Assembly: GCA_033551855.1 (NCBI GenBank)
Contig: JAWSUI010000016.1
Span: forward strand, 1 to 64,000
Length of the DNA stretch: 64,000 bases
Direction: 5' to 3'
DNA from: Deferrisomatales bacterium
GTDB taxonomy: Bacteria; Desulfobacterota; Deferrisomatia; Deferrisomatales; JACRMM01
Shown: piece after piece, positions 1 to 10,364 of the stretch
Position numbering within the stretch: position 1 is the stretch's first letter
Layout of the letters: each line of letters opens with the position of its first letter
Notes under the pieces: model-generated
Databases searched by the model: none
What the model was told of the DNA's origin: nothing
What the model saw: only the letters and a program-made list of their open reading frames with translations
Program-made: the position numbers and the translations under genes

Positions 1-599
1 GATTCCCCCTCGGCCCCGGTGACCACGGGGACCCCGGGCTTGACGATGCCCGCCTTCTCCCGGGCGATGGCCTCGAGGGTGCCCCCCAGGTGCTCGGCGT
101 GCTCGAGCCCCACGTTGGTCAGCACCGCCACCGCGGGGGCGAGGACGTTCGTGGCATCCAGGCGCCCCCCCAGCCCCACCTCCACCACGGCGCCGTCCAC
201 CGGCACGCGGGCGAAGTGGAGGAAGGCCATGGCCGTGATCACCTCGAACTGGGTCATCCCCGCGGCACCCTGGCGGTCGAGGCCTGCACCCAGAACGGCC
301 TCGTAGAGCGCCGGGACCTCGGCGTCGGGGAGCAGCGCCCCATCGACGCGGACGCGCTCGCCGAAGGACTCCAGGGGGGGCGAGGTGTACAGGCCGGTAC
401 GGTAGCCCGCCGCGGTGAGACAGGAGGCCAACAGGAGAGAGGTGGAGCCCTTTCCGTTGGTCCCGCCCACGTGCACCGCGGGGTAGGCCCGGTGGGGGTT
501 GCCCAGGTACTCGAGACAGGCCAGGGTGCGCTCCAGGCCGAGGTGGATCCCGAACTTCTCGAGGCCGTCGATGGCCCTGAGGGCTTCCTGAGGTGTCAC
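1..599 (-). CDS. folC: Folylpolyglutamate synthase/dihydrofolate synthase (5' part; runs off the window edge)
   Basis: Manual minus-strand translation from GTG at 599: TPQEALRAIDGLEKFGIHLGLERT...VHVGGTNGKGST...VEVGLGGRLDATNV...IAREKAGIVKPG, all FolC motifs. Not in the ORF track because it has no stop inside the window. Confidence 0.93.
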   Translation of the reverse strand, partial: MTPQEALRAIDGLEKFGIHLGLERTLACLEYLGNPHRAYPAVHVGGTNGKGSTSLLLASCLTAAGYRTGLYTSPPLESFGERVRVDGALLPDAEVPALYEAVLGAGLDRQGAAGMTQFEVITAMAFLHFARVPVDGAVVEVGLGGRLDATNVLAPAVAVLTNVGLEHAEHLGGTLEAIAREKAGIVKPGVPVVTGAEGE

Positions 600-801
600 G
601 GGCGACCCCTGCGATGGGCGAGGGGGAGCCGGCCGGGCGGCCCCGCATGGAGACTTTCGTACCAGACAAACCCCGAAAGTGTAAAGGCGGGCGCTGCACC
701 GGGACCCCGACTCGTCGATCCGCCGTCCGCCTGGGCCGCCGGACCCACCCGGCGGTCCTTGGGTGCGGAAACCCGTCCTTCTCCGGAAGACCCTGTTTTC
801 T

Positions 802-1011
802 GGATCATCCGGGAAATGACCGGGTACTCTTGTCCAGGGACGATCGGATGGGCCCGACCACGTAGGCGGACGGCCGCTCGACCCGAACAGCCGCCTCGGG
901 AGTCGCGATGCCGCCAGGATTCCGGACGCGGCGGCGGAGAACACCTACCCGTGCAGTCCGGCCTCGTCTGCCGGAGTGGGCGGGCCCACCCGGTCGTTTA
1001 CCGGAAGAACC
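802..1011. repeat. Repeat family A (MITE-like, about 210 bp, imperfect 24-bp terminal inverted repeats), copy 1
   Basis: Aligns over its full length with the reverse complement of 28240-28448. Ends are ggatcatccgggaaatgaccgggt ... acccggtcgtttaccggaagaacc. A partial inverted copy lies at about 710-792. Confidence 0.8.
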
Positions 1012-1020
1012 TGTTTTCTG

Positions 1021-1050
1021 TTGACAGGGAGGGTCCCCTGCCGGTACAAG
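1021..1050 (+). promoter_or_regulatory. Putative sigma70 promoter of fusA
   Basis: TTGACA (1021-1026), 18-nt spacer, TACAAG. Confidence 0.45.
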
Positions 1051-1147
1051 GGCCGACTTCCCTTCGCCCCGGCCGGCGTCCCTGTGAGCCACGGGGGCGC
1101 CGGCCGGGCAACCCCGGAGGGGAGGAGCATTCACGAGGAGCAGAGGC

Positions 1148-3241
1148 ATGATCAAAGACATCTCCCGCATTCGCAACATCGGCATCTCGGCCCACATCGA
1201 CTCCGGCAAGACGACCCTGAGCGAGCGCATCCTCTTCTACACTCAGCGGATCCACGCGATCCACGAGGTGAAGGGCAAGGACGGCGCCGGCGCGACCATG
1301 GACTTCATGGAGCTCGAGAAGGAGCGCGGCATCACCATCCAGTCCGCCGCCACCTTCTGTGAGTGGGCCGACCACTTCATCAACGTGATCGACACCCCCG
1401 GCCACGTGGACTTCACCATCGAGGTCGAACGTGCCCTGCGGGTGCTCGACGGGGCGATCCTGGTACTGTGTGCAGTGGGCGGCGTCCAGTCCCAGTCGAT
1501 CACCGTGGACCGGCAGATGAACCGGTACAAGGTGCCCCGCGTCGCCTTCATCAACAAGTGCGACCGCACGGGGGCCAACCCGGAACGGGTGCTCCAGCAG
1601 CTCCGCGAGAAGCTCAAGCTCAACGCGGTGCTCTTGGAGATCCCCATCGGCCTCGAGGCGGACCTCCAGGGGATCGTGGATCTGGTGCGGATGCAGGCGG
1701 TGTACTTCGACGGCGACAACGGCGAGCACGTGCGCTACGGGGAGATCCCCGCCCACCTGGCCGTCGAGGCGGCGGCCCGACGGGAGGAGCTCCTCGATGC
1801 GGCCAGCATGTTCTCGGACGAACTGATGGAGGCGGTGCTCGAGGGTCAACCCACGGAGGAGCTCATCCACGCGGCCGTCCGCAGCGGCACCCTGCGCCGG
1901 GAGTTCACCCCGGTCTTCCTGGGCTCGGCGTACAAGAACAAGGGAGTGCAGCTCCTCCTGGACGGCGTCATCCGCTACCTTCCCTGCCCCAGCGACGTCG
2001 AGAACGTGGCCCTGGACATGGAGGCGGGGGAGACGGCGATCACCCTCACCTCCGACCCGAAGAAGCCCACCGTCACCCTCGCCTTCAAGCTCGAGGACGG
2101 CCGGTACGGGCAGCTCTCGTACGTGCGGGTGTACCAAGGGGCGATTCACAAGGGGGACACCCTCGTCAACGCACGGACGGGAAAGAGGTTCAAGGTGGGT
2201 CGGCTGGTGCGGATGCACGCCGCCGAGATGGAGGAGATCGAGGCCTCCAACTCCGGAGACATCGTGGCGATGTTCGGGATCGACTGCGCCTCGGGCGACA
2301 CCTTCTGCGCCGAGAGCCTGCGGGTGTCGATGACCTCGATGTACGTGCCCGAGCCGGTTATCAGCCTGGCGGTGGTCCCCAAGGACAACAAGGCCCAGGT
2401 GAACATGAGCAAGGCCCTGAACCGGTTCACCAAGGAGGACCCCACCTTCCGGACCTTCGTCGATGCCGAGAGCGGGGAGACGATCATCCAGGGGATGGGC
2501 GAGCTCCACCTCGAGGTGTACGTGGAGCGCATGAAGCGGGAGTACAGCGCCGAGGTCTCCACCGGGCAGCCCCAGGTGGCTTACCGCGAGACCGTCTCCC
2601 TGCGCGCGGACTTCAACTACACCCACAAGAAGCAGACCGGAGGCTCCGGCCAGTACGGGCGGGTGGCCGGCTCCTTGGAGCCCCTGGAGGAAGGCGGGGA
2701 GTACGAGTTCGTCGACAAGATCGTGGGCGGAGTGATTCCCCGGGAGTTCATCTCCTCTTGCGACAAGGGCTTCCGCGCCTGCCTGAAGAAGGGGTCCCTG
2801 ATCGGCGCGCCGGTGACCGGGGTACGCCTCACGATCAACGACGGCGCGGCCCACTCGGTCGACTCCTCCGACATGGCCTTCCAGCAGGCCGCCATCGGCG
2901 CCTTCCGCGAGGCGTACGCCAAGGCCAAGCCGATCATCCTCGAGCCGATCATGAAGGTGGTGGTCGAAACCCCCTCGGAGTTCCAAGGCCAGGTGCTGGG
3001 GACCCTCAACCAGCGCCGCGGCATCATCGTGGGCACGAGCGAGGACGGGGTGTATTCGGTGGTCGAGGCGGAGGTCCCGCTGGCCGAGATGTTCGGCTAC
3101 TCCACCGGCCTGCGTTCCTCCACGCAGGGCAAGGCCGAGTTCACCATGGAGTTCGCCAAGTATCGGCAGGTGCCCCAGGGGGTGTCCGAGGAGCTCCGGA
3201 AGAAGTATCAGGAGGAGCTCAAGAAGCAGTCGGCCGCCTGA
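1148..3241 (+). CDS. fusA: Elongation factor G (stand-alone paralog outside the str operon; resembles the spirochete/deltaproteobacterial EF-G1 type)
   Basis: [48 protein letters not shown] and DSSDMAF motifs; 697 aa; no rpsL/rpsG/tuf neighbours. Confidence 0.97.
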   Translation: MIKDISRIRNIGISAHIDSGKTTLSERILFYTQRIHAIHEVKGKDGAGATMDFMELEKERGITIQSAATFCEWADHFINVIDTPGHVDFTIEVERALRVLDGAILVLCAVGGVQSQSITVDRQMNRYKVPRVAFINKCDRTGANPERVLQQLREKLKLNAVLLEIPIGLEADLQGIVDLVRMQAVYFDGDNGEHVRYGEIPAHLAVEAAARREELLDAASMFSDELMEAVLEGQPTEELIHAAVRSGTLRREFTPVFLGSAYKNKGVQLLLDGVIRYLPCPSDVENVALDMEAGETAITLTSDPKKPTVTLAFKLEDGRYGQLSYVRVYQGAIHKGDTLVNARTGKRFKVGRLVRMHAAEMEEIEASNSGDIVAMFGIDCASGDTFCAESLRVSMTSMYVPEPVISLAVVPKDNKAQVNMSKALNRFTKEDPTFRTFVDAESGETIIQGMGELHLEVYVERMKREYSAEVSTGQPQVAYRETVSLRADFNYTHKKQTGGSGQYGRVAGSLEPLEEGGEYEFVDKIVGGVIPREFISSCDKGFRACLKKGSLIGAPVTGVRLTINDGAAHSVDSSDMAFQQAAIGAFREAYAKAKPIILEPIMKVVVETPSEFQGQVLGTLNQRRGIIVGTSEDGVYSVVEAEVPLAEMFGYSTGLRSSTQGKAEFTMEFAKYRQVPQGVSEELRKKYQEELKKQSAA

Positions 3242-3303
3242 CGGGCCCGATCCGCCGAGAGCCCATGGCGCAGCTCGTCCGCCTGTGCGATAGGAGCGCA
3301 TCC

Positions 3304-3996
3304 ATGTTGAAGACCGAATTGGTGGCCAAGAACCCCCTGCGGGGTCTGGATCAGAGCAGGGACGGGGGGCTCGTGCCCGGCCAGTTGGGGCTGGTGGTGG
3401 CCCGTGCGGGGACGGGGAAGACCGCCTTCCTCATCCAGGTGGCCCTCGACAACCTCTTCCGGGGCAACCCCGTGCTCCACGTGAGCATCGGCGAGACGGT
3501 CAGCCACGTGAAGGCGTGGTACGAGGAGATCTTTCGGGATCTCGCCTCGGGGTACGAACTCGAGAGGTCCCGGGAGGTGTGGCAGGAGGTCGAGGAAAAC
3601 CGGATGATCATGACCTTCCGGGTCCAGGCCTTCAGCGTCGACCGCCTGGAGGAGCGCCTGGAGGATCTGGTGCAGCAGAGGATCTTCCAGCCCCGGGTCG
3701 TCCTCGTCGATGGGTTCGAGCTGGGGCCCGAGCTGCGACCGGCTCTGGAGGCCCTCTGCCAGTTCGCTCGCAGCAAAGGCCTCAAGGTCTGGGTGACCGC
3801 CCGCTCCCACCGGGGGGCCGGCTCGGTGGACCCCCTCGTGGCGCCCCTCGAGGACCTCTGCCAGGTGGTGGTATGCCTGGACCCCCAGCCGGACGCCATC
3901 TCGCTGCGGGTGTTCAAGAACCCCTCCGGCAGCGCGGGCCAGACGCCCATCGCCCTGGACCCCCGCACCCTCCTTCTCGTCTCGAAGACGGCGTAG
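3304..3996 (+). CDS. RecA/KaiC-like P-loop protein of unknown function
   Basis: 3' part of ORF 1363..3996 from ATG 3304 (MLKTELVAKNPL). Walker A ARAGTGKT; Walker B-like VVLVDG. Confidence 0.75.
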   Translation: MLKTELVAKNPLRGLDQSRDGGLVPGQLGLVVARAGTGKTAFLIQVALDNLFRGNPVLHVSIGETVSHVKAWYEEIFRDLASGYELERSREVWQEVEENRMIMTFRVQAFSVDRLEERLEDLVQQRIFQPRVVLVDGFELGPELRPALEALCQFARSKGLKVWVTARSHRGAGSVDPLVAPLEDLCQVVVCLDPQPDAISLRVFKNPSGSAGQTPIALDPRTLLLVSKTA

Positions 3997-4229
3997 GCGG
4001 GCGGTCCGGAACCCGGTGAGGGCCCCGGCGGCGCACCCCGCGCCCCGGGGCCCTTCCCTGTTCAGGGCCGAGGACACACCGCTCCCCTCGGCGGCACCGC
4101 CCCATGCCCCTTTGCCGAAGATCTCGGGGCGGCGCATACGGGCCTTCAGGCACTTCCCACGGCCGAGCCGGTGCCCCGATCCACGTCCACCATCCCGCCC
4201 GCCCCCGCCCCCAGAAACCACCGTCGGAC

Positions 4230-4415
4230 TTTCGGGCGGGGTCGGGGAGCCGTGGAGCGCAGCCCCGTACCGCCTCGACCGATTCCGCCCAAGCCCGCAG
4301 AAGCGGGTGAAACTGGTCGTACCCGCTTCCTCGCCAACGCCTCGTCCGAATATCGCGGATTGCGGGGCGGAGCGGAGGGGCTCCCCGGCCCCGGCACGTG
4401 CCAGTTGGTGGATTC
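4230..4415 (-). repeat. Repeat family B (about 190 bp, GC-rich, dispersed), diverged copy
   Basis: The reverse complement (gaatccacc...ccgcaatccgcg...gcggtacggggctgcgctcc) aligns with 41227-41420 and 43068-43262. Confidence 0.65.
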
Positions 4416-4523
4416 AGGCCCCCCCCTCCCCTTGCCCCCCTCCCCCGGCACCGGTCATAATCCCACCGGCGCCGTCGCGACACGCGATTCCTCGTCCCCG
4501 GGCGGCATCGAGGAGGAACCGAC

Positions 4524-6353
4524 ATGGCCCGCTGGACCCTGTTGCTGGCTGCAGCTCTGCTCGTCGTTGCCCCCCCTGCCCACGGTGCCCCCGCCGTCCA
4601 CGCCCTGGCCATGCACGGCGAGCCGAAGTATGGGCCCGACTTCCCCCACTTGGACTACGTCGACCCGGAGGCCCCCAAGGGCGGCGAGGTCCGGCTCCAC
4701 GCCGTCGGGACCTTCGACACCCTGAATCACCTGAATCTGAGGGGCGTCCCGGCGGTAGGCCTGGGGGGGCTCTACGACACGCTCCTCTCGAGCTCCGACG
4801 ACGAGGCCTTCACTGAGTATGGGCTCCTGGCCGAAGGGGTCGAGGTGCCGGCCGACCGCTCCTGGGCCGTCTTCCACCTGCGCCCGGGGGCCCGGTGGCA
4901 CGACGGGAGGCCCGTGACCGTCGAAGACGTCGTGTTCAGCCTGGAGGTCCTCAAGGCGAAGGGGCACCCCTTCTACCGGGCGTACTACGCCAACGTCGAG
5001 CGGGCCGAGAAGGAGGGGGAGCGGTCGGTGCGCTTCTCCTTCTCGGGGGGGGAGAACCGCGAGCTTCCGCTGATCGTGGGGCAGATGCCCGTGCTCCCAC
5101 GCCACTACTGGGAGGGCCGGGAGTTCGACCGGACCACCCTGGAGCCGCCCCTCGGGAGCGGCCCCTACCGGATCGCCGCGGTGGACCCGGGCCGCTCGAT
5201 CGTGTACGAGCGGGTCGCGGACTACTGGGGACGAGACCTCCCGCTGAACCGGGGGCGGCACAACTTCGGACGCCTGCGGTTCGACTACTACCGCGACGCC
5301 ACCGTAGCCCTCGAGGCCTTCAAGGCCGGCGAGTATGACTTCCGCCAGGAGAACGTGGCCCGGGACTGGGCTACCGGGTATGACGTTCCTGCCGCGCGCG
5401 AGGGCCTGCTGGTGCGCCAGGAGATCTTCCACGAGCGGCCCACGGGCATGCAGGCCTTCGTGATGAACACCCGCCGCCCCCTCTTCCGAGACCGGCGGGT
5501 GCGCCAAGCGATGGCCTTCGCCTTCGACTACGAGTGGACCAACGCAAACCTCTTCTACGGGCAGTACGCCCGCACGACGAGCTACTTCTCCAACAGCGAG
5601 CTGGCATCCCGCGGGCTGCCCGGCCCGGAGGAGCTGGCGCTCTTGGAGCCCTTCCGCGGGCGCATCCCCGAGGAGGTCTTCACTCGGGAGTACCGGCCGC
5701 CCGCCACCGACGGCTCGGGCCAGATCCGGGAGAATCTGCGCCAGGCCCTCGACCTCCTGGGCCAGGCGGGGTGGACCGTGCGGGACCGGAAGCTCCGCAA
5801 CGACGGCGGCGAGGCCTTCACGTTCGAGATCCTCCTGAACGCTCCCACCTGGGAGCGCATCAGCCTGCCCTTTGCCAAGAACCTGGAGCGGCTGGGGATC
5901 GAGGCCCGGGTCCGCACGGTGGACGCAGCCCAGTACCAGAAGCGGGTGGAGGACTTCGACTTCGACATGGTGGTGGACGTGTTCGGCCAGTCTCTCTCCC
6001 CCGGCAACGAGCAACGTGATTTTTGGGGCTCCACCGCCGCGGACGAGCCCGGGAGCCGCAACACCATCGGCGTCAAGGACCCGGTGGTGGACGCCCTGGT
6101 GGACCTGGTGATCGCGGCTCCCGACCGGGAGAGCCTGATCCACCGCACCCGGGCCCTGGACCGGGTGCTCCTGTGGGGCCACTACGTGATCCCCCACTGG
6201 CACATCCGGTCCTTCCGGGTGGCCTACTGGGACAAGCTCGGGCGGCCCGAGGCCACCCCCAAGTACTCCCTGGCCTTCGACGCCTGGTGGGTCGACACCG
6301 CCCGGGAGGCCGCCCTGAAAGCGCGGGGAGTCAACCTCAAGTCCGTGCCGTAG
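4524..6353 (+). CDS. yejA: ABC peptide transporter substrate-binding protein (YejA-like)
   Basis: Signal peptide; HALAMHGEPKY..FPHLDYV.P.APKGG, LGSGPY and SPGNEQRDFWGS motifs. Confidence 0.9.
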   Translation: MARWTLLLAAALLVVAPPAHGAPAVHALAMHGEPKYGPDFPHLDYVDPEAPKGGEVRLHAVGTFDTLNHLNLRGVPAVGLGGLYDTLLSSSDDEAFTEYGLLAEGVEVPADRSWAVFHLRPGARWHDGRPVTVEDVVFSLEVLKAKGHPFYRAYYANVERAEKEGERSVRFSFSGGENRELPLIVGQMPVLPRHYWEGREFDRTTLEPPLGSGPYRIAAVDPGRSIVYERVADYWGRDLPLNRGRHNFGRLRFDYYRDATVALEAFKAGEYDFRQENVARDWATGYDVPAAREGLLVRQEIFHERPTGMQAFVMNTRRPLFRDRRVRQAMAFAFDYEWTNANLFYGQYARTTSYFSNSELASRGLPGPEELALLEPFRGRIPEEVFTREYRPPATDGSGQIRENLRQALDLLGQAGWTVRDRKLRNDGGEAFTFEILLNAPTWERISLPFAKNLERLGIEARVRTVDAAQYQKRVEDFDFDMVVDVFGQSLSPGNEQRDFWGSTAADEPGSRNTIGVKDPVVDALVDLVIAAPDRESLIHRTRALDRVLLWGHYVIPHWHIRSFRVAYWDKLGRPEATPKYSLAFDAWWVDTAREAALKARGVNLKSVP

Positions 6354-6371
6354 CGGCAGACCGCCGACCCC

Positions 6372-7481
6372 ATGCTCGCCTACACCCTGCGCCGCATCCT
6401 CCTCATGGGGCCGACCCTGTTCGGCATCCTGGTGGTCAACTTCCTGGTGGTGCAGGCGGCGCCCGGCGGCCCGGTGGAGCAGATGATCGCACAGATCAAG
6501 GGCCACGGCGTGGAGGCCACTGCTCGGGTGAGCGGGGCGGGGCAGGAGGACGTGGCGGTTCGGTCCCAGGCCCCTCCCGGAACCGGGGAGTCCCCGAGCA
6601 AGTACCGGGGGGCCCGGGGGCTGCCCCCCGAGATCATCCAGGAGATCGAGCGCCAGTTCGGGTTCGACCGGCCCGCCCACGAGCGGTTCTGGCGCATGGT
6701 GAAGAGCTACGCCGTCTTCGACTTCGGCGAGAGCTTCTTCCGCAGCCGCCGGGTGGTGGAGCTGGTGCTCGACAAGATGCCGGTGTCGATCTCCCTGGGG
6801 CTGTGGACCACGCTGCTGGTCTACCTGATCTCCATCCCCCTCGGGGTCGCGAAGGCGGTGCGCGACGGCTCCCGGTTCGACGTGTGGTCGAGCACGGTGG
6901 TGGTGCTCGGCAACGCCATCCCCGGGTTCCTCTTCGCCATCCTGCTGATCGTGCTCTTTGCCGGCGGCCGGTACCTGGACTGGTTCCCGCTCCGGGGGCT
7001 CGTGTCGGAGAACTGGCACGAGCTCGCCTGGCCCGCCCGCATCCTCGACTACATCTGGCACATCACCCTGCCCGTGACCTCCATGGTGATCGGGGGGTTC
7101 GCGGGGCTGACCATGCTCACCAAGAACTCCTTCCTCGAGGAGATCCACAAGCAGTACGTGGTCACCGCCCGGGCCAAGGGCCTCACGGAGCGCCGGGTGC
7201 TCTACGGCCACGTGTTCCGCAACGCCATGCTCATCGTGATCGCCGGGTTCCCGAGCGCCTTCGTGGGGGCGCTCTTCACCGGGTCGCTCCTCACCGAGAT
7301 CATCTTCTCCCTGGACGGGCTCGGGCTCCTGGGCTTCGAGGCCGCGGTGAGCCGCGACTACCCGGTCATGTTCGGCACCCTGTACTTCTTCACCCTGCTC
7401 GGTCTGCTCCTGAACCTGGCCGGGGACCTCACGTACCACCTGGTGGACCCCCGGATCGACTTCGAGACCCGGGCGTCGTGA
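6372..7481 (+). CDS. yejB: ABC peptide transporter permease (YejB-like)
   Basis: [23 protein letters not shown] (EAA loop) and DPRIDFE motifs. Confidence 0.92.
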   Translation: MLAYTLRRILLMGPTLFGILVVNFLVVQAAPGGPVEQMIAQIKGHGVEATARVSGAGQEDVAVRSQAPPGTGESPSKYRGARGLPPEIIQEIERQFGFDRPAHERFWRMVKSYAVFDFGESFFRSRRVVELVLDKMPVSISLGLWTTLLVYLISIPLGVAKAVRDGSRFDVWSSTVVVLGNAIPGFLFAILLIVLFAGGRYLDWFPLRGLVSENWHELAWPARILDYIWHITLPVTSMVIGGFAGLTMLTKNSFLEEIHKQYVVTARAKGLTERRVLYGHVFRNAMLIVIAGFPSAFVGALFTGSLLTEIIFSLDGLGLLGFEAAVSRDYPVMFGTLYFFTLLGLLLNLAGDLTYHLVDPRIDFETRAS

Positions 7482-8512
7482 GCACCGTGCGCCTCACCCC
7501 CCTGACCCGGCGCCGCCTCGCCAATTTTCGCGCCAACCGCCGCGGTTACTGGTCCCTGTGGCTCTTCCTCGGGCTTTTCGGGGCGAGCCTCTGCGCGGAG
7601 CTCCTGGCCAACGACCGGCCGCTGCTGGTGCGCTACGATGGGGACTTCTACGTGCCGGTCCTCCGCTCGTACCCCGAGACCGCCTTCGGGGGCTTCCTCC
7701 CCACCGAGGCCGACTACCGGGACCCGGAGGTGGCGGAGCTCATCCAGGGGAAGGGGTGGATGGTCTGGCCCCCGGTGCGCTACCGGTACGACACCATCAA
7801 CTACGCCCTGCGGGTGCCTGCCCCCGCCCCTCCCTCGCGGGACAACTGGCTGGGCACCGACGACCACGGGCGCGACGTGGTGGCGCGGCTCGTCTACGGC
7901 TTCCGCATCTCGGTGCTCTTCGGCCTGACCCTGACGCTCCTCTCCTCGGTCGTCGGGGTGGCGGCAGGGGCGGTGCAGGGTTACTTCGGGGGCGCGGTGG
8001 ACCTCTTCTTCCAGCGCTTCATCGAGGTGTGGCAGGGCCTGCCGATCCTCTACCTCCTCATCATCCTGGCGAGCGTGGTGGAGCCGAGCTTCTGGTGGCT
8101 CCTGGGGCTCATGCTCCTGTTCAGCTGGATGGGGCTGGTGGGGGTGGTGCGCGCCGAGTTCCTGCGGGTGCGCAACTTCGACTACGTGCGGGCGGCCCGG
8201 GCCCTGGGGGTGAGCGACGCGGTCATCATGTTCCGCCACATCCTGCCCAACGCGATGGTCGCCACGCTGACGTTCCTGCCCTTCATCCTCAACGGCTCCA
8301 TCACGACCCTCACGGCGCTGGACTTCCTGGGCTTCGGCCTGCCCCCCGGCTCCGCTTCCCTGGGGGAGCTCCTGAACCAGGGCAAGTCCAACCTCCACGC
8401 CCCCTGGCTCGGGATCACCGCCTTCGCCGTGCTGGCCGTGATGCTCAGCCTCCTGATCTTCATCGGCGAAGCCGTGCGCGACGCCTTCGACCCCCGGAAG
8501 ACCCTGCGATGA
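7478..8512 (+). CDS. yejE: ABC peptide transporter permease (YejE-like)
   Basis: 3' part of ORF 6023..8512 from a GTG overlapping the yejB stop; [26 protein letters not shown] and [12 protein letters not shown] motifs. Confidence 0.92.
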   Translation: MSTVRLTPLTRRRLANFRANRRGYWSLWLFLGLFGASLCAELLANDRPLLVRYDGDFYVPVLRSYPETAFGGFLPTEADYRDPEVAELIQGKGWMVWPPVRYRYDTINYALRVPAPAPPSRDNWLGTDDHGRDVVARLVYGFRISVLFGLTLTLLSSVVGVAAGAVQGYFGGAVDLFFQRFIEVWQGLPILYLLIILASVVEPSFWWLLGLMLLFSWMGLVGVVRAEFLRVRNFDYVRAARALGVSDAVIMFRHILPNAMVATLTFLPFILNGSITTLTALDFLGFGLPPGSASLGELLNQGKSNLHAPWLGITAFAVLAVMLSLLIFIGEAVRDAFDPRKTLR

Positions 8513-8539
8513 ACGCTCTCCGCCCTCCGCAACCGCGAA

Positions 8540-8722
8540 TCCGGTCGGGGACGGGGAGCCCCGGAGCGCCGCCGCGCGCCGCCGCGACCGAGCCGCAGCC
8601 CTGGAATCCGGAAAGACGGTTCGGCACACCGGGGCTCTCGGCCTCACCCCCTCCCGAAATCGCGGATCGCGCGGCGGAGCGCTGGGGCTCCCCGTGCCCG
8701 CTCGCTTCGCCCGCGGTGGAGC
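8540..8722 (-). repeat. Repeat family B, diverged copy inside the yej operon
   Basis: Shares ggggagcc..ggagcgc and cgcggat.gc..ggcggagcg..ggggctcccc..ggtgga blocks with 4230-4415; fills the yejE-yejF gap. Confidence 0.55.
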
Positions 8723-8726
8723 AGGG

Positions 8727-10364
8727 ATGAGCGAGCTCCTGGAGATCCGCGACCTCCACGTCTCCTTCGGGCAGGGGGCGAAGGAAGTCCGCGCCGTGCG
8801 GGGCGCTTCTCTGGAGATCGCCCCGGGGGAGGCGGTGGGGCTCGTGGGGGAGAGCGGGTCGGGGAAGTCGGTGACGGCGCTTTCCGTGCTCCAGCTCCTG
8901 CCCTACCCCGCTGCCCGACACCCCGGCGGCAGCGTCCGGTTCCGCGGGGAGGAGCTCCTGGGGGCGCCCCGGGCGCGCCTGCGGGAGCTTCGGGGCAACC
9001 GGGTGGCGATGATCTTCCAGGAACCACTCTCCTCCCTGAACCCCCTGCACTCGGTGGAGCGCCAGATCGGCGAGGTCCTCTTCGTACACAAGGGGCTGGG
9101 GCGCCAGGCCGCCCGGGACCGGGTGCGGGAGCTGCTGCACCTGGTGGGCCTGCCGGAGGCGGTAGACCGGCTCTCGGCCTTGCCCCACGAGTTCTCCGGG
9201 GGCCAGCAGCAGCGCATCATGATCGCCATGGCGCTCGCCAACGAGCCGGACCTCCTCATCGCGGACGAGCCCACCACGGCCCTCGACGTGACCGTGCAGG
9301 CCCAGATCCTCGAGCTCCTCCAGAGCCTGCGCCGAAGGCTGGGGATGGCGCTCCTGCTCATCACCCACGACCTGGCGATCGTGCGCCGGGTGGCAGACCG
9401 GGTGTACGTGATGACCGAGGGGGAGGTGGTGGAGCACGGCCCCACCCAAGAGCTCTTCGACGCGCCCGCCCACCCCTACACGAGGAAACTCCTGGCCGCC
9501 GAGCCCAGAGGGCGCCCCGACCCCGGGCCGGTTGGGGCCCCGGTGCTCCTCGAGGGGGACGGGGTGCGGGTCTGGTTCCCCGTGAAGAAGGGCCTGCTTC
9601 GCCGCACCGTGGCCCACGTGAAAGCGGTGGACGGCGTCACCCTGCGGGTGAAGGCCGGCCACACCCTGGGGGTGGTCGGGGAGAGCGGCTCGGGCAAGTC
9701 CACCCTGGCCCGGGCCCTGCTGCGCCTGGAGAAGAGCCGAGGGTCCGTCCGCTTCGAGGGGCGCGAGCTCCAGGGGCTCCGGTCCCGCGAGCTTCGCCCC
9801 CTGCGGCGCGAGGCCCAGATGGTCTTCCAGGACCCCTACGGGTCCCTGAGTCCGCGCTTCTCCGTGGGCCAGATCATCGAGGAGGGGCTCCGGGTCCACC
9901 GGATGGGGGGGAGCGACGCCGAGCGGCGGGTCCTCATCGCCCGGGCTCTGGAGGAGGTGGGTCTGGACCCCGCCGCGCAGGACCGCTACCCTCACGAGTT
10001 CTCGGGGGGCCAGCGCCAGCGCATTGCCATCGCCCGGGCCCTGGTGCTCAAGCCCCGGTTCATCGTCCTCGACGAGCCCACCTCGGCCCTGGACATGTCG
10101 GTCCAGGCCCAGATCGTGGAGCTGCTCCGAGAGCTCCAGGAAAAACATGGACTTGCCTATCTTTTCATCAGCCACGACCTCAAGGTCGTGCGGGCCCTCT
10201 CCCACGACATCGCGGTCATGAAGGACGGCCGCGTGGTGGAGCACGGCTCGGCGGAGGAGGTCTTCGAGAATCCGAAGGAGACCTACACCCGGGCGCTCCT
10301 CGCCGCCGCCTTCGACTTGAGACCCCTCTCCACCGCCCATGCAGGGCGGGAGGCATCTCCATGA
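8727..10364 (+). CDS. yejF: ABC transporter ATP-binding protein with two ABC domains (YejF-like)
   Basis: Two GESGSGKS Walker A motifs, two FSGGQ signatures and two DEPT motifs; start at ATG 8727 (MSELLEIRDL). Confidence 0.92.
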   Translation: MSELLEIRDLHVSFGQGAKEVRAVRGASLEIAPGEAVGLVGESGSGKSVTALSVLQLLPYPAARHPGGSVRFRGEELLGAPRARLRELRGNRVAMIFQEPLSSLNPLHSVERQIGEVLFVHKGLGRQAARDRVRELLHLVGLPEAVDRLSALPHEFSGGQQQRIMIAMALANEPDLLIADEPTTALDVTVQAQILELLQSLRRRLGMALLLITHDLAIVRRVADRVYVMTEGEVVEHGPTQELFDAPAHPYTRKLLAAEPRGRPDPGPVGAPVLLEGDGVRVWFPVKKGLLRRTVAHVKAVDGVTLRVKAGHTLGVVGESGSGKSTLARALLRLEKSRGSVRFEGRELQGLRSRELRPLRREAQMVFQDPYGSLSPRFSVGQIIEEGLRVHRMGGSDAERRVLIARALEEVGLDPAAQDRYPHEFSGGQRQRIAIARALVLKPRFIVLDEPTSALDMSVQAQIVELLRELQEKHGLAYLFISHDLKVVRALSHDIAVMKDGRVVEHGSAEEVFENPKETYTRALLAAAFDLRPLSTAHAGREASP

